A stretch of 60,762 bases of DNA, the filler included. It is 8 parts of 8 records of this genome, joined end to end, with 100 filler letters (N's around TTAATTAATTAA, not from the genome) between each part and the next. Parts side by side here need not be neighbours in the genome. Positions count along the whole stretch, not along the records: positions 19,000 to 26,246 come from SRR31156797_152495; positions 26,347 to 32,025 come from SRR31156797_153235; positions 32,126 to 38,325 come from SRR31156797_155166; 5 more parts are not named here. The stretch is one strand, 5' to 3'. Shown piece by piece: positions 21,420 to 35,100 of this stretch. How positions within the stretch are numbered: position 1 is the first letter of the stretch; each line of letters opens with the position of its first letter. Both the position numbers and the translations under genes were made by a program. Below the pieces are notes generated by a model that was not told the origin of the DNA, made no database searches, and was given only the letters and a program-made list of their open reading frames with translations.

Positions 21420-21983
21420 CTACTCGGTTGCCGAAGAGGGCAGGCTTCGGCTGCTGATGCGATGCCACAAAGCATCGTCAATCTCATCCAAGGAAAAGAC
21501 GACCTTTGCTCCATGGCGCCTTTTAAACGTTTCTATTTGCTTTTCATCGCCCAGCGTGACAATGGCAGGCCCCATGGGACCAATGACATCGGAACCGGCA
21601 ACCCACGTTGCCGTCCGTCCGTCTATGGGCTTGCCGGAAAAGTAGTCGAGAACCACGATCCGGTGAACCTCTTTTTGTCGTTTTCCCAGGTAGATCCCCG
21701 GTCTCAGCCAACTGCGCAGCAGGCAGCCATTTGAACAAAAATAGAACGTTTCACCACCTGCCAGTACGAGGGCCGCTGCCGATTCCGGCCGCCGCGCAGG
21801 AAACATGGCGCAAACGGGGCAGCGGTCCGAATCGTTTAAAAGCATCTTTCCATCCTCCGTTACCGATTGTAAAGCAGGCCTCGGGCCACTCTCATCGGCC
21901 CAACTACTTGCGGTAAGAAAAACAAAAAGAGCCCCTACCATCCAAACCTGTGCCCATCGTATGACAGCTTGATTGCCGCTCAA
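21420..21983 (-). CDS. NosL-family metal (copper) chaperone-like protein
   Basis: RCPVCAMFP, YFCSNGC, VLDY, IDGRTATWVAGSDVIGPMG and F...HG; TTG start follows AAGGAG; signal peptide ASSWA. Confidence 0.88.
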   Translation of the reverse strand: MSGNQAVIRWAQVWMVGALFVFLTASSWADESGPRPALQSVTEDGKMLLNDSDRCPVCAMFPARRPESAAALVLAGGETFYFCSNGCLLRSWLRPGIYLGKRQKEVHRIVVLDYFSGKPIDGRTATWVAGSDVIGPMGPAIVTLGDEKQIETFKRRHGAKVVFSLDEIDDALWHRISSRSLPSSATE

Positions 21984-22158
21984 TGCTTAACTCCTTTAAT
22001 CGTATGGCACAAAGGCGACCATGGTTGCAGGCAAATATACGGTCGTCACTGTAGTTGCTTTTTAACGAAACTGCAAGGAGCATCAAAACGGCCCGAAATC
22101 CCTTGATTTTTATTGAATGTTTGACTAATTTGTAAAGTTTCTTTCCACGATTCTTTTT

Positions 22159-22872
22159 ATGGGGCGATTGGAATGGATGCAGACATCAACGGTTGATGCG
22201 GCGGCTCTTTTTATGCTTGGTTTATTGGGCACCGGCCACTGCATTGGCATGTGCGGCCCCCTGATCGTGGCCCTTCCCGGCCAAACCGGCCGCTTCTCAG
22301 CCCATCTTTCCTACCATGCCGGCCGTTTGGCAACATACAGCATTATCGGCGCCTTGATGGGACTGGCGGGGAAAGGAATACTCCGCCTGTCATTGCAGTT
22401 CGGAGCTTCTCCATTGGTCTGGGTAACGCGCATACAGGTAGGCCTGGGAATGGTCGCAGGGCTTTTTCTTCTCCTGTTCGGGCTATTCAGGCTCGGCTAC
22501 CTTAGCGAACCGAATTGGCTGACCACCGCATCCCCCAGTCGAATTCCCGGCTGGCGGCGTTTGATGGGTCGAACAGCCGGTAACCGCAGCAATATGAACT
22601 ATTTTCTAATGGGTTTGTTTCTGGGAGGCCTTCCGTGCGGTCTTTCCTATGCAGCCTTTGCAAAATCCCTTTCGGCTGCCGGTATTTTACAGGGCGCTTC
22701 AATGGCCCTCATCTTCGGGTTGGGAACGCTTCCGGGAATGCTGACCATTGGACTGGGTTCAGGCTTTTTCCTGCATCGGTACCGACGGCAAGCGGATTTG
22801 ATTGCAGGGTTGATTATGCTTGGCATGGCAGCCGTTCTTTTTGTCCAAGGCCTTGAAACCATATTTGGATAA
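22159..22872 (+). CDS. DsbD_2/UreH/TauE-like membrane protein
   Basis: GLLGTGHCIGMCGP, YHAGR..TY, GGLPCGLSY and FGLGTLP. Confidence 0.88.
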   Translation: MGRLEWMQTSTVDAAALFMLGLLGTGHCIGMCGPLIVALPGQTGRFSAHLSYHAGRLATYSIIGALMGLAGKGILRLSLQFGASPLVWVTRIQVGLGMVAGLFLLLFGLFRLGYLSEPNWLTTASPSRIPGWRRLMGRTAGNRSNMNYFLMGLFLGGLPCGLSYAAFAKSLSAAGILQGASMALIFGLGTLPGMLTIGLGSGFFLHRYRRQADLIAGLIMLGMAAVLFVQGLETIFG

Positions 22873-22887
22873 AACAGAGAAAAGGTA

Positions 22888-23295
22888 ATGACTCATACCA
22901 TAGATATCAGAGTGCACGGATACCACATGGACGTATTCGGACACGTGAACAACGGCCGTTATCTGGAATTTTTGGAAGAAGCACGCTGGGATATTTTCGA
23001 CGGTGGACAAGGCATCGAAAAATTAGCGGAAAGCGGCTTTGCCTTCACTGTGGTGAACATCAACATCAGCTACCGCAGGCCGGCATACCTTAATGATCTT
23101 ATCACCGTGAAAACAACCCTGGAAAGAGTGGGGAGACGATCCGCAACTCTTTATCAAGAAGTGATGAACAAAAACGGCGGCTACACCATAGCCGACGCCC
23201 ATGTCACCGTTGTGATGCTGGATAGCCAAAAACAGAAAGCTGCACCTCTTGAAGGAGACTTGAAACAAAAGTTGATGGATGCGTTGGACAAGTAG
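22888..23295 (+). CDS. YbgC/FadM-family acyl-CoA thioesterase
   Basis: HMDVFGHVNNGRYLEFLEEARW hot-dog-fold motif. Confidence 0.92.
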   Translation: MTHTIDIRVHGYHMDVFGHVNNGRYLEFLEEARWDIFDGGQGIEKLAESGFAFTVVNINISYRRPAYLNDLITVKTTLERVGRRSATLYQEVMNKNGGYTIADAHVTVVMLDSQKQKAAPLEGDLKQKLMDALDK

Positions 23296-23419
23296 AAGAG
23301 CTCTTCCATGGACATCCGCCAGGAAACACAACAGATACGGCTTCAACTGTTCAAATCTGCCTGGATGTGAAACACCTCAATCCTATCCGTTCTGCCCCTT
23401 TATTCATATATACATTGGC

Positions 23420-23436
23420 ATGACAATTTCATGACA
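23420..23436. promoter_or_regulatory. Direct repeat ATGACA-N5-ATGACA (OmpR/PhoB-family-type site)
   Basis: Two copies with an 11-bp period in the intergenic region. Confidence 0.4.
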
Positions 23437-23454
23437 TTTCATGCGATGACGAAC

Positions 23455-23494
23455 AAATCCCGCCAGCTTATATTGATATTGGTAGGCGGGATTT
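23455..23494. repeat. 10-bp inverted repeat AAATCCCGCC-N20-GGCGGGATTT
   Basis: Seen directly; possible terminator or operator. Confidence 0.55.
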
Positions 23495-23689
23495 TGATCT
23501 GATCCGGATGTTTGTTGTATTGCGCTGACAGATCCTGCCTATCCCTTCGACCATTGAAGGCGGATGGAAAAAATGAATGCCGGACTTCAGTTTTTTTTGA
23601 AGCGACCGATCCTTTTAGTAACGGGTTCTCTGTTGATAAAAGCGACGCACATCCGGTTTAACAATTTTTTCAAAAATGGATGAGGACAG

Positions 23690-24022
23690 ATGATGAAAAG
23701 CGCAGTTTTAATTGGCTGTTCAATCGTTTTTTTACTACTTGTTTCGGTCGGCCTCCAGTCCATGGACGAAAACGCATTATCTTTCCCGTCTTCGTCCACG
23801 GCCTTGCGACAAGGAATATCCGATCAGGCTCCGTCTTTATTTGAAGGAGCCAAAGCCACCATTCAAAAAACCATCGTTGTCATGACCGGAGAAGAACAAG
23901 GAGGAAATCACAAGGAAAAGACACCTTACGCGCTTCTCCTGATCACGGGCCTGTTCGGTTTTTCATTTTGGGGCCGATCCTCCTTCAAAAACGGTTTCGG
24001 TCGAGGCCTGCGCCAAAATTGA
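23690..24022 (+). CDS. Small hypothetical exported/membrane protein
   Basis: RBS GAGGA, N-terminal signal-like segment, C-terminal hydrophobic segment followed by basic residues. Confidence 0.6.
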   Translation: MMKSAVLIGCSIVFLLLVSVGLQSMDENALSFPSSSTALRQGISDQAPSLFEGAKATIQKTIVVMTGEEQGGNHKEKTPYALLLITGLFGFSFWGRSSFKNGFGRGLRQN

Positions 24023-24097
24023 TGTTTTTTGTCTTTCAAGAATGACGACCGTCACATCCTATCCAGTTCACGGCATCCACAGCATTGGATGTTGTCA

Positions 24098-25105
24098 TCA
24101 ACGTTCATCTTTTTGAAAATTATCCACGAGTTCAAAGGCGTGCCTGGCTGCGCCATGCAAAGCAGCTATTGGGTCAAGAATCACATGAACCGGTGTGTTG
24201 GAGCAGAGTGAAGAAAAACGCCCCTTGTCGGCAATGGTGCTCAGAAAATCAGGGCGTTGAAGCCTTTTAAGGATGCGTGGTGGAATGCCGCCGCCAAGAT
24301 AGATGCCACCGGTTGGTAGCAGCGTCACCGCCATATTGCTGATGACCGATCCAAGAGCACGGACGAACAAATCGAGCGTTGCCTCGCAAATATCCGACTT
24401 GTTTTCAAGAGCTGTTTGGATGATAATCGGGGTACGGTCTTTTGCCCGCGAAAGTTGTTCACCTAACCATTCGGGCTCCGCATAGATCCCATTTTCCAGA
24501 AAATAGTCGTAAATGTTGGGCAGTTGACCGCCCGAGCAAACCCGTTCAAAACTGACATGACCATACCGGCGGTCAAGAAAGGTCAACAGCTCCATCTCCT
24601 GAAGATCACGGGGGGAGAAAGCCGTGTGCCCCCCCTCACTGGCGAAAGCTCTGTACCGCTTCCCGGTCCACACCAGATATGCGACTCCCAAACCCGTACC
24701 GGGTGCAATGACGACCCTATTCCCATGGGGCTCCATGGTGCCCTCATTGAGCGTGAAAAGATCGTCCGATTGCAAACGGGGAACCGCGACGGCAACGGCT
24801 TCCAAATCGTTGATCAGTTCGACAGTTGCGATGTCGAAAGAGCTTTGGATATCCTCGGCGTGAATCACCCAGGGAAGGTTGGTGACCTGTGCGCACTTGT
24901 CTTTAACCGGACCTGCGACACCAAAACAGGCGGTTTCCGGTCTGCTATTCGTTTTACGGAGAAATTCGACAAGGATGGCTTCCAGGGAGATGTACTTTTT
25001 GCTGTTGAATCGGGCTTCATGGATGGGCCCGCCGACAACGCCTTTTTCTTTGGAATAGATCGCCAACAAGGTTTTACTGCCGCCGATATCTCCAGCAAGA
25101 ATCAT
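24098..25105 (-). CDS. glk: Glucokinase
   Basis: ILAGDIGGSKT, GVAGPV, TNLPW, LINDLEA, APGTGLG, SEGGH, ERVCSG and YLGGGIPPRI. Confidence 0.95.
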   Translation of the reverse strand: MILAGDIGGSKTLLAIYSKEKGVVGGPIHEARFNSKKYISLEAILVEFLRKTNSRPETACFGVAGPVKDKCAQVTNLPWVIHAEDIQSSFDIATVELINDLEAVAVAVPRLQSDDLFTLNEGTMEPHGNRVVIAPGTGLGVAYLVWTGKRYRAFASEGGHTAFSPRDLQEMELLTFLDRRYGHVSFERVCSGGQLPNIYDYFLENGIYAEPEWLGEQLSRAKDRTPIIIQTALENKSDICEATLDLFVRALGSVISNMAVTLLPTGGIYLGGGIPPRILKRLQRPDFLSTIADKGRFSSLCSNTPVHVILDPIAALHGAARHAFELVDNFQKDER

Positions 25106-25188
25106 GAACCATCCACCTTACCAAAAGCAGGAAAAACAAAAAACAAGGCCAATGTACTGATGATCGATCCCATTGATGCGATCCTTTT

Positions 25189-25513
25189 TTATGTAGAACA
25201 GCCTTTCCATTGAATCGTGAAACGGGCGCCTCCCAGCAAAGACGTCCCGACTAAAACGTCGCCGCCGTGCCAGGAAAGGATCCGCTGAACAATGGCCAAT
25301 CCCAAGCCGTAGTCCCCCGTATCCCGACTTCGGCTCGAATCCAGCCGCACAAACGGCTCGAAAATCCGCCGGCGGTCTGCCTCTTGAATACCAGGACCAT
25401 CGTCTTCCACATCGTTTGGGCACGTTGGCCCTCGCTTTGAATTCTCCCCGGCCGAATGCCTCCGCAGCCTTTTCGATACGCCTGAGTTTGATCCAAAACG
25501 GCAGCGCCCAAAC
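25189..25513 (-). pseudogene. Remnant of RstB-like sensor kinase (HAMP fragment joined out of frame to the HATPase_c C-terminus)
   Basis: PFWIKLRRIEKAAEAFGRGEFKARA is joined to DVEDDGPGI...IFEPFVRLDSSRSRDTGDYGLGLAIV; there is no HisKA domain or N box. Confidence 0.85.
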
Positions 25514-26193
25514 CGTTTTGATTCGCTGCGGAGGGTCAAACTGGTCTTCTAATTTTTTGCGCAACCGGGAAACCGCCAGGTCGACGCTGCGGTCCAGGCC
25601 GTCATAGTCGATACCCCTCAACTTTTTGTAAATCGTGTCCCGGTCAAGGATTCGGCCTCCGTTATCGGCCAAAAGCCATAAAAGATCGAATTCATTGGTG
25701 GTCAAAGCCACTGGCCGTTCGGCCAGCCACACGTTCCGGGAAGCGTGATTGTTTGTCAGTTGTCCAAAGTTAATTCTACCCGTTCAGTTCCTTCACCCAC
25801 TGTAATTGTTGCCGGTTCTGTTTTCTCAAAGCGGCGCAAAAGAGCCCGGATTCTGGCCAGCAGGACACGGAACTCAACCGGCTTTTTAACGTAGTCGTCG
25901 GCCCCCATCTCAAGGCCCACCACCTGATCCATGTCATCCTCCCGTGCAGTCAGCATCAGAATCGGGCCGTTGTACTCAGATCGGACATTTCTGCAGATTT
26001 CCAGACCATCCATCCCGGGCAGCATCAAATCGAGAATCACCAGATCCGGCTCCTTTCCGATGATTCGTTTCGGTGCGGTATCACCACGCCGCTCGACGGA
26101 TACGTCAAAATGGTTGCGGATTAGATATTTTGCGATCAAATCGCCCAAACGGCGATCATCTTCGACCAACAACAGTCGTTTCTTGGCGGTCAT
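25514..26193 (-). pseudogene. Frameshifted, 3'-truncated RstA-like OmpR-family response regulator
   Basis: REC domain 26193-25769 is intact. Adding one T at 25766-25768 restores LTFGQL...LTTNEFDLLWLLA...YDGLDRSVDLAVSRLRKKL...RIKTVW. The usual terminal GxGY motif is absent. Confidence 0.85.
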
Positions 26194-26246
26194 TCGTCAT
26201 TCCTAATGGAGGAGAGATTCGTATGCGTTCACAGGGCACCGCATCT

Positions 26247-26346
26247 NNNNNNNNNNNNNNNNNNNNNNNNNNNNNNNNNNNNNNNNNNNNTTAATTAATT
26301 AANNNNNNNNNNNNNNNNNNNNNNNNNNNNNNNNNNNNNNNNNNNN
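26247..26346. other. Artificial contig spacer
   Basis: N44-TTAATTAATTAA-N44. Confidence 0.99.
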
Positions 26347-26347
26347 C

Positions 26348-27844
26348 CGCTGCTCACCGTATTCGCCGAATGCCCGGAATTTCCTGGAAACCCACTATAT
26401 CGACGCGATGGCCGTGCCCGACATGCAGGAAAGCCAGGATGTCATCCGCGCCATGGCGGCCATCGACAGCTATCGCAAAACGGAAGCGGCACGGCGGACC
26501 GAACGGGTCGATCTAGCCGCTGTGGCGGCGGCCAAGCGTCCGGTTTTCGAGGCCCTGTTCGCGGCCTTTCGCAGCCGCCATTTGGACCGCGACAGCGACC
26601 GCGCAGCATCTTTTCGCCACTTCGTCGCCGAAGGCGGTGCGGCATTGCACGGTTTCGCCCTGTTCGAAGCCCTGCGCGAGCAATTGGCCTTCACGGGACC
26701 CGACGGGGCGTGGCAGCCCTGGTTCGAATGGCCCGAGCAATTCCGCCGTCCGGACAGCCCGGCGGTGGCCGAATTCGCCGAAGCGCACCGCGAGCGCATC
26801 GATTTCCACCTGTATCTGCAGTGGGAGGCCGACCGGCAACTGGCCCGCGCCGGCGCCCCCGCACGCGATCGCCTGCCGCTCGGGCTGTATCGCGACGCCG
26901 CCGTCGGTTTCGACCGCGACGGCGCCGAATACTGGCTGCATCAGGACCTGACGCCGCAGGGCGTTTCGGTCGGCTGCCCGCCGGACCTGCGCAACCCGAT
27001 CGGCCAGGATTGGGGTATCCTGCCGTTCTCGCCCGCCGAGTTGCGGGCCGCCGCCTACGAACCGTTTATCGGGCTGATCCGCGCCAACATGCGCCACGCC
27101 GGCGTGCTGCGCATCGACCATGCCTTCCAATTGCTGCGCCTGTTCTGGATACCGCTGGGCAACAGCCCACGCGAGGGCGGCTATGTGCACTATCCGCTCG
27201 ACGATCTTCTCGGCATCATCGCGCTGGAAAGCCATCGCGCAAAATGCGCCGTCGTCGCCGAAGACCTGGGCACCATCCCGGAAGGATTCCGGGAACGGAT
27301 CATCGAACTGGGCGCGCTGTCGTTCCGGGTTTTGCACCGCGAGCGCGAGCCGGACCGGTCCTATAAGGCGCCGGCTTCCTATCCGGCGGTTTCGACGGTC
27401 GCCACCGGCACCCACGACCAGGCTACCCTGGCCGGTTTCTGGACCGGCCGCGACGTCGACCTGCGGACCGAACTCGGCCTCTATCCGACACCCGAGGCGG
27501 AAGCGGAGGCACCGGGCACGCGCCGCCAGGACCGTGAGATGATCTTGAAAGCATTGGCCGAACATGCCGAATTCGAAGGCCCGCCCGAGGGCGCGGACGG
27601 CCGGCCGAGCGACGCCCTGATCGCGGCCGTCCACCGTTTCCTGGCCCGCACGCCGAGCCGCATGATGATCGTCCAGCCGGAAGACCTGATCGGCGAGACC
27701 GAGCAGGTCAACATGCCGAGCACGGTGAACGAACACCCCAACTGGCAGCGCCGGTATACGTTCGACATCGAGGATCTTGCGGCGCACCCGCGAATTCGCG
27801 CCATCGCCCGCCTGTTGGCCGACGAAGGACGCGGAACCGAATAG
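26348..27844 (+). CDS. malQ: 4-alpha-glucanotransferase (amylomaltase, GH77), 5' truncated
   Basis: Frame is open from the spacer (SPYSP..R.FL...YID); GCPPD, GQDWG, LRIDH, AEDLG, THD and VNMP. Confidence 0.95.
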   Translation, partial: RCSPYSPNARNFLETHYIDAMAVPDMQESQDVIRAMAAIDSYRKTEAARRTERVDLAAVAAAKRPVFEALFAAFRSRHLDRDSDRAASFRHFVAEGGAALHGFALFEALREQLAFTGPDGAWQPWFEWPEQFRRPDSPAVAEFAEAHRERIDFHLYLQWEADRQLARAGAPARDRLPLGLYRDAAVGFDRDGAEYWLHQDLTPQGVSVGCPPDLRNPIGQDWGILPFSPAELRAAAYEPFIGLIRANMRHAGVLRIDHAFQLLRLFWIPLGNSPREGGYVHYPLDDLLGIIALESHRAKCAVVAEDLGTIPEGFRERIIELGALSFRVLHREREPDRSYKAPASYPAVSTVATGTHDQATLAGFWTGRDVDLRTELGLYPTPEAEAEAPGTRRQDREMILKALAEHAEFEGPPEGADGRPSDALIAAVHRFLARTPSRMMIVQPEDLIGETEQVNMPSTVNEHPNWQRRYTFDIEDLAAHPRIRAIARLLADEGRGTE

Positions 27845-27849
27845 GGCGG

Positions 27850-31134
<3,285 letters not shown>

Positions 31135-31195
31135 CGATGGGCTCTCCTTACACACCGGCCTTTCGTCGCCGAGGCGTGCGAATATTAAAATCGCG

Positions 31196-31234
31196 TGACA
31201 ACGATCTTTGACACCTATCTATGACAACTATCGA
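31196..31234. repeat. Three tandem 13-bp direct repeats upstream of treS
   Basis: TGACAACGATCTT/TGACACCTATCTA/TGACAACTATCGA. Confidence 0.7.
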
Positions 31235-31310
31235 GGCGAGGAAACAAGAAAATCAGCGGGAATGACCCGCTCGGAGCGGGTTTAACAGATGACGCCCGTC
31301 AACGCCCCCA

Positions 31311-31343
31311 AAACCAAAAGGCGGCCCCACAAGGGACCGCCTT
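31311..31343 (-). terminator. Rho-independent terminator after rplQ
   Basis: Minus-strand hairpin AAGGCGGTCCC-TTGT-GGGGCCGCCTT followed by TTGGTTTT. Confidence 0.75.
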
Positions 31344-31376
31344 CCAGCGAATATTTAAGAGACTTTTTAAAGGCGC

Positions 31377-31811
31377 TTATTCGCCTTCAGCAGCCGCCAT
31401 CGCTTCTTCTTCGGCCTCGACCCGCGCCTTGTCGCCGGCGCCCTTGGCGTCGACGTCGCGATCGACCAGTTCGATAACGGCCATCGGGGCGGCGTCGCCG
31501 TAGCGGAAGCCCGCCTTCAACACCCGCGTGTAACCACCGGCGCGATCCTTGTAGCGTTCGGCCAAGGCATCGAACAGCTTGCGTACGGCTTCGTCGTCAC
31601 GCAGGTAAGACATCGCCTGACGGCGGGCATGAAGACCGCCGCGCTTGCCCAACGTCACCATGCGGTCGGCAATGCGCCGCAGTTCCTTGGCCTTGGGCAG
31701 GGTCGTCTTGATCTGCTCGTGCGTCAGAAGCGAGACCGCCATATTCGACAGCATGGCCTTACGATGGCTGCTGGTCCGATTTAGTTTGCGGCCGCTGAGG
31801 CGGTGGCGCAT
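31377..31811 (-). CDS. rplQ: 50S ribosomal protein L17
   Basis: [40 protein letters not shown] and [12 protein letters not shown]. Confidence 0.99.
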   Translation of the reverse strand: MRHRLSGRKLNRTSSHRKAMLSNMAVSLLTHEQIKTTLPKAKELRRIADRMVTLGKRGGLHARRQAMSYLRDDEAVRKLFDALAERYKDRAGGYTRVLKAGFRYGDAAPMAVIELVDRDVDAKGAGDKARVEAEEEAMAAAEGE

Positions 31812-31868
31812 CACGTCTACTCCCTAGTCTGCGCGGAAACGGTAATGTCCGGTTTCCAACGATCTCTA

Positions 31869-32024
31869 TTAAAACGGGTCTTCCAGCTTACGGGCCAGGT
31901 CCTCGATGTTCTCGGGCGGCCAAGCCGGAATATCCATGCCCAGATGCAATCCCATCTGAGCCAGAACTTCCTTGATTTCGTTCAGCGACTTGCGCCCGAA
32001 GTTCGGCGTGCGCAGCATTTCGGC
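31869..32024 (-). CDS. rpoA: RNA polymerase alpha subunit, C-terminal end (5' truncated; not in the ORF track)
   Basis: [51 protein letters not shown]-stop, directly upstream of rplQ. Confidence 0.97.
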   Translation of the reverse strand, partial: AEMLRTPNFGRKSLNEIKEVLAQMGLHLGMDIPAWPPENIEDLARKLEDPF

Positions 32025-32025
32025 T

Positions 32026-32125
32026 NNNNNNNNNNNNNNNNNNNNNNNNNNNNNNNNNNNNNNNNNNNNTTAATTAATTAANNNNNNNNNNNNNNNNNNN
32101 NNNNNNNNNNNNNNNNNNNNNNNNN
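32026..32125. other. Artificial contig spacer
   Basis: N44-TTAATTAATTAA-N44. Confidence 0.99.
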
Positions 32126-32127
32126 CC

Positions 32128-35100
32128 TATACTGAAAAAGCCGCCCGTGAAATGCGGGACCGCATAAGAATATCCTTGAACGACAGAATCGAAAACGATC
32201 CCGATAACCACGAATACTGGCTTAAACAAAGACATCTGCTCGATCGGGCCCAAATATCGACCATTCACAGTTTTTGCCTGAAAATCCTCCGGCAGTACGG
32301 ACTGGAAGCCGGCCTGGACCCGGATTTCAACGTCCTGGATGCGGATCGTGACTTTTTGGCCGACGCACATAAAGAAGCCCTGCTCGACTTACTCGAACAA
32401 GAAGACGAAGACCTTATCGCCCTGCTTGATTATTTTCCCTGGTTTAGTCGCGGGCGATCCCGGGGCCTTGATTCCATTTTAACTGCTCTTTCCAACAACG
32501 AACGTACTTTCGGAAGATCGGTGAAGCCTGCAGGTATAAATCCCGGGCCTCTTGATGAAGCTCTGGACGATTTACATAGAGCCGTTGATATGATCGATGA
32601 ATTCATGGCTGCCGGGAAAATAAAACCCGGAAAAGCCTATTTTGACATTATTGCCAAATTCGTCGCACGGGCTAAAGAAATTCTGGATAATAATTCCTCC
32701 GATATTGATAAAATAGCGGACCTTCAAGACGGCCTTAAAGGCAATTGGTACGCGGCCAAGCCGGCGCGAGACCTTGCCTCGGCCTCTTTGGCCGCCTTTG
32801 TCGCCGAAAGGGACCGCCGTCTTGCTCTGCCGCTGAAAGAAAACCTCCTGTCGCTTTCCCGAAAAATAGGATTGGAAATCGATACAATAAAGGAAAACGC
32901 CCAGCTCCTCGATTTTGACGATCTCCTCCTGAAAACACGCGACATGTTGGCGCGCAACGCTAATATCAGGGCAATGCTCAAGCAAACCTATCGCGTGGTC
33001 ATGGTTGACGAATTCCAGGATACCAACAGGCTGCAGGCCGATATCCTGGCCTTTATCGTCGAGCCCGAAAATTTATTCCAGGCAGTTGATTTCGATGACC
33101 TGCCTACTGATTTATCCGCCATGGACGTACTCCCCATGGAAGAACGCCGCCTGGTTGTTTTCGGAGATCCAAAACAGTCCATATACAGGTTTCGAGGGGC
33201 GGAGGTTGGGGTTTTTCAGAGGTTGAAACATTCAATTTCCACAAGCGGCGGCAGTATAATAGATTTAAACAAAAACTTTAGATCACAGAAAAAACTAGTT
33301 GATTTTTACAATAAATTTTTCTCTGCAGCTATGACGGGAGACGGCGAATTAAACACTGGATTCACCCCTTTGGATGTTCAAAATTGGGCCAGAAAAGACA
33401 ATACATCCGGTCCGGCCGTATCCGTCCTGAACATACCCCAAGGGGATAAAGCCGCGGAAGAACGTTCCAAGGAAGCTTACGCCCTGGCCGAATATATCAA
33501 TTCCCTGCTGGCCGGCCAAAAAAACGTTCTTGTAACAGACCAGGGCCTGCCTCCAAAACCGGCGGATATCGCCATTCTTTTGCGCCGTTTTACCCACCTT
33601 AAAGTATACGAACAGGCGCTCCAAAAACTGGGTCTGCCATATTACACGGTCAGAGGACGTGGTTTTTACCAGTGCCAGGAAGTCTTCGATCTGATAAATC
33701 TCATGTTTTTTCTGGCCGATCCCCAAAACAGCCCGGCCCTGTTGGGAATCCTGAGGTCGCCTCTAATCGGCCTGTCCGATGATTCCATTACCCGCATGGC
33801 CTGGCCTGGATACATAAGCGCTCCAATAGACATTTGCGCCTATTTCAATGAGCCTGTCCCGAGTCCTCCTGCTGACATGCCTGAAGAACAACAAAACGCT
33901 CTGATTTCGGCCCAGGCGCTGTTCGCAAAACTGTCGGCTATGTCAGGCCGGTCCTTTACCCATGAACTGATTGAAGCCGCGATTGAAGAAACCCAATACC
34001 TGGCTGTCCTGCTTTCCGGGCGCCAGGGCGAACAAAAGGTCGCCAATGTAAAAAGATTTATTGAAATTCTTCGAAAGCTGCCCGGCCAGGCCCTTTATTG
34101 TCCCATTGAAGCCTCTATTTTCCTGAAAAAAAGACTTGCGGACCAAAAAGACGACCCTGAAGCGGCGGCCTCTGCCGAAGAAGATCGATCCATCCGCATA
34201 ATGACCATTCACCAGGCCAAAGGCCTCCAGTTTCCCATAGTCATAATCCCGGATTCGGGCCAGAAAGCCAAATCCCGGGGCGGGAAAGGGGGAATCGCCC
34301 TGTTCGGGCCGGACAGCAGCCTGACAATTCGCTTCAAGGATCCTTTAACCGGACATAAAATAATTCCGGGCGATTATCAGCTTTTATCAAAAGAAGAAGA
34401 AATGCGGGAGAGGGAAGAGCACCTGAGGCTTTTATACGTGGCCGCCACCAGGGCCTGCGATCACCTGGTTTTTTCCGGAACCGTCCATAAAACCAAAGGC
34501 GCGGACGACGATTCCTGGTTGGCAAAAGTCAATGCCTTTGCCGCCGATCATCCCGAAATGGTCAAGTCGATTGTCCCGGATGAACAATTGCCTTCGGATG
34601 AATCAATAAGCATTTTTAATTATAATATTGAATGCAGCCATGAAAACACCGGTGAAGACAGCGGCGACGGGCCCGTGGTCGATGCCTTCCGCAGAGCCTT
34701 TTTCAAACCATCCCTTCAGGCTCATGTAGTCAATGTCACTGCCACCGGTTTGGCGCAATACCTGACTTGTCCCAGGCAGTATTTCATGGAACAAATCCTG
34801 GGCCTGCCCCAAAAGAACATCAATGGCGATTCCGACCGTGGAGGCGTCTTGACTCCAAGGGAAAAAGGCCTGGTTTTTCATTTGTTGATGGAACACCTGG
34901 ATTTAAAAAAAGATCCGGAAATAGAAGAACTGGAGAAAACAGCGGCCGAAAAAGCCTTCCGGTTCAACACGAAAACTTCCCGCGGGGAATCAAATGAAAT
35001 TGCCCGCAGGGTCATGGAATTCGCCCAAAATCCCTGGGGGCGGGATATGTTCCGCTCCAGGGATAATTTGGTGCAGCGGGAAACTCCGGTCTGGTTGAAA

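Noticed and set aside
21420-21983. Evidence for N2O reduction (nos cluster)
   Set aside because: No nosZ, nosD, nosY or nosR in the fragment, and the ABC permease is FtsX/LolE-like rather than NosY.
25118-25732. 204-aa ORF as a novel regulator-kinase fusion protein
   Set aside because: It is a chimera of deletion remnants with an out-of-frame tail; treated as a pseudogene.
25756-25758. TGA as selenocysteine or read-through in the response regulator
   Set aside because: Homology continues in a different frame, so this is a frameshift; the rest of the locus is also decayed.
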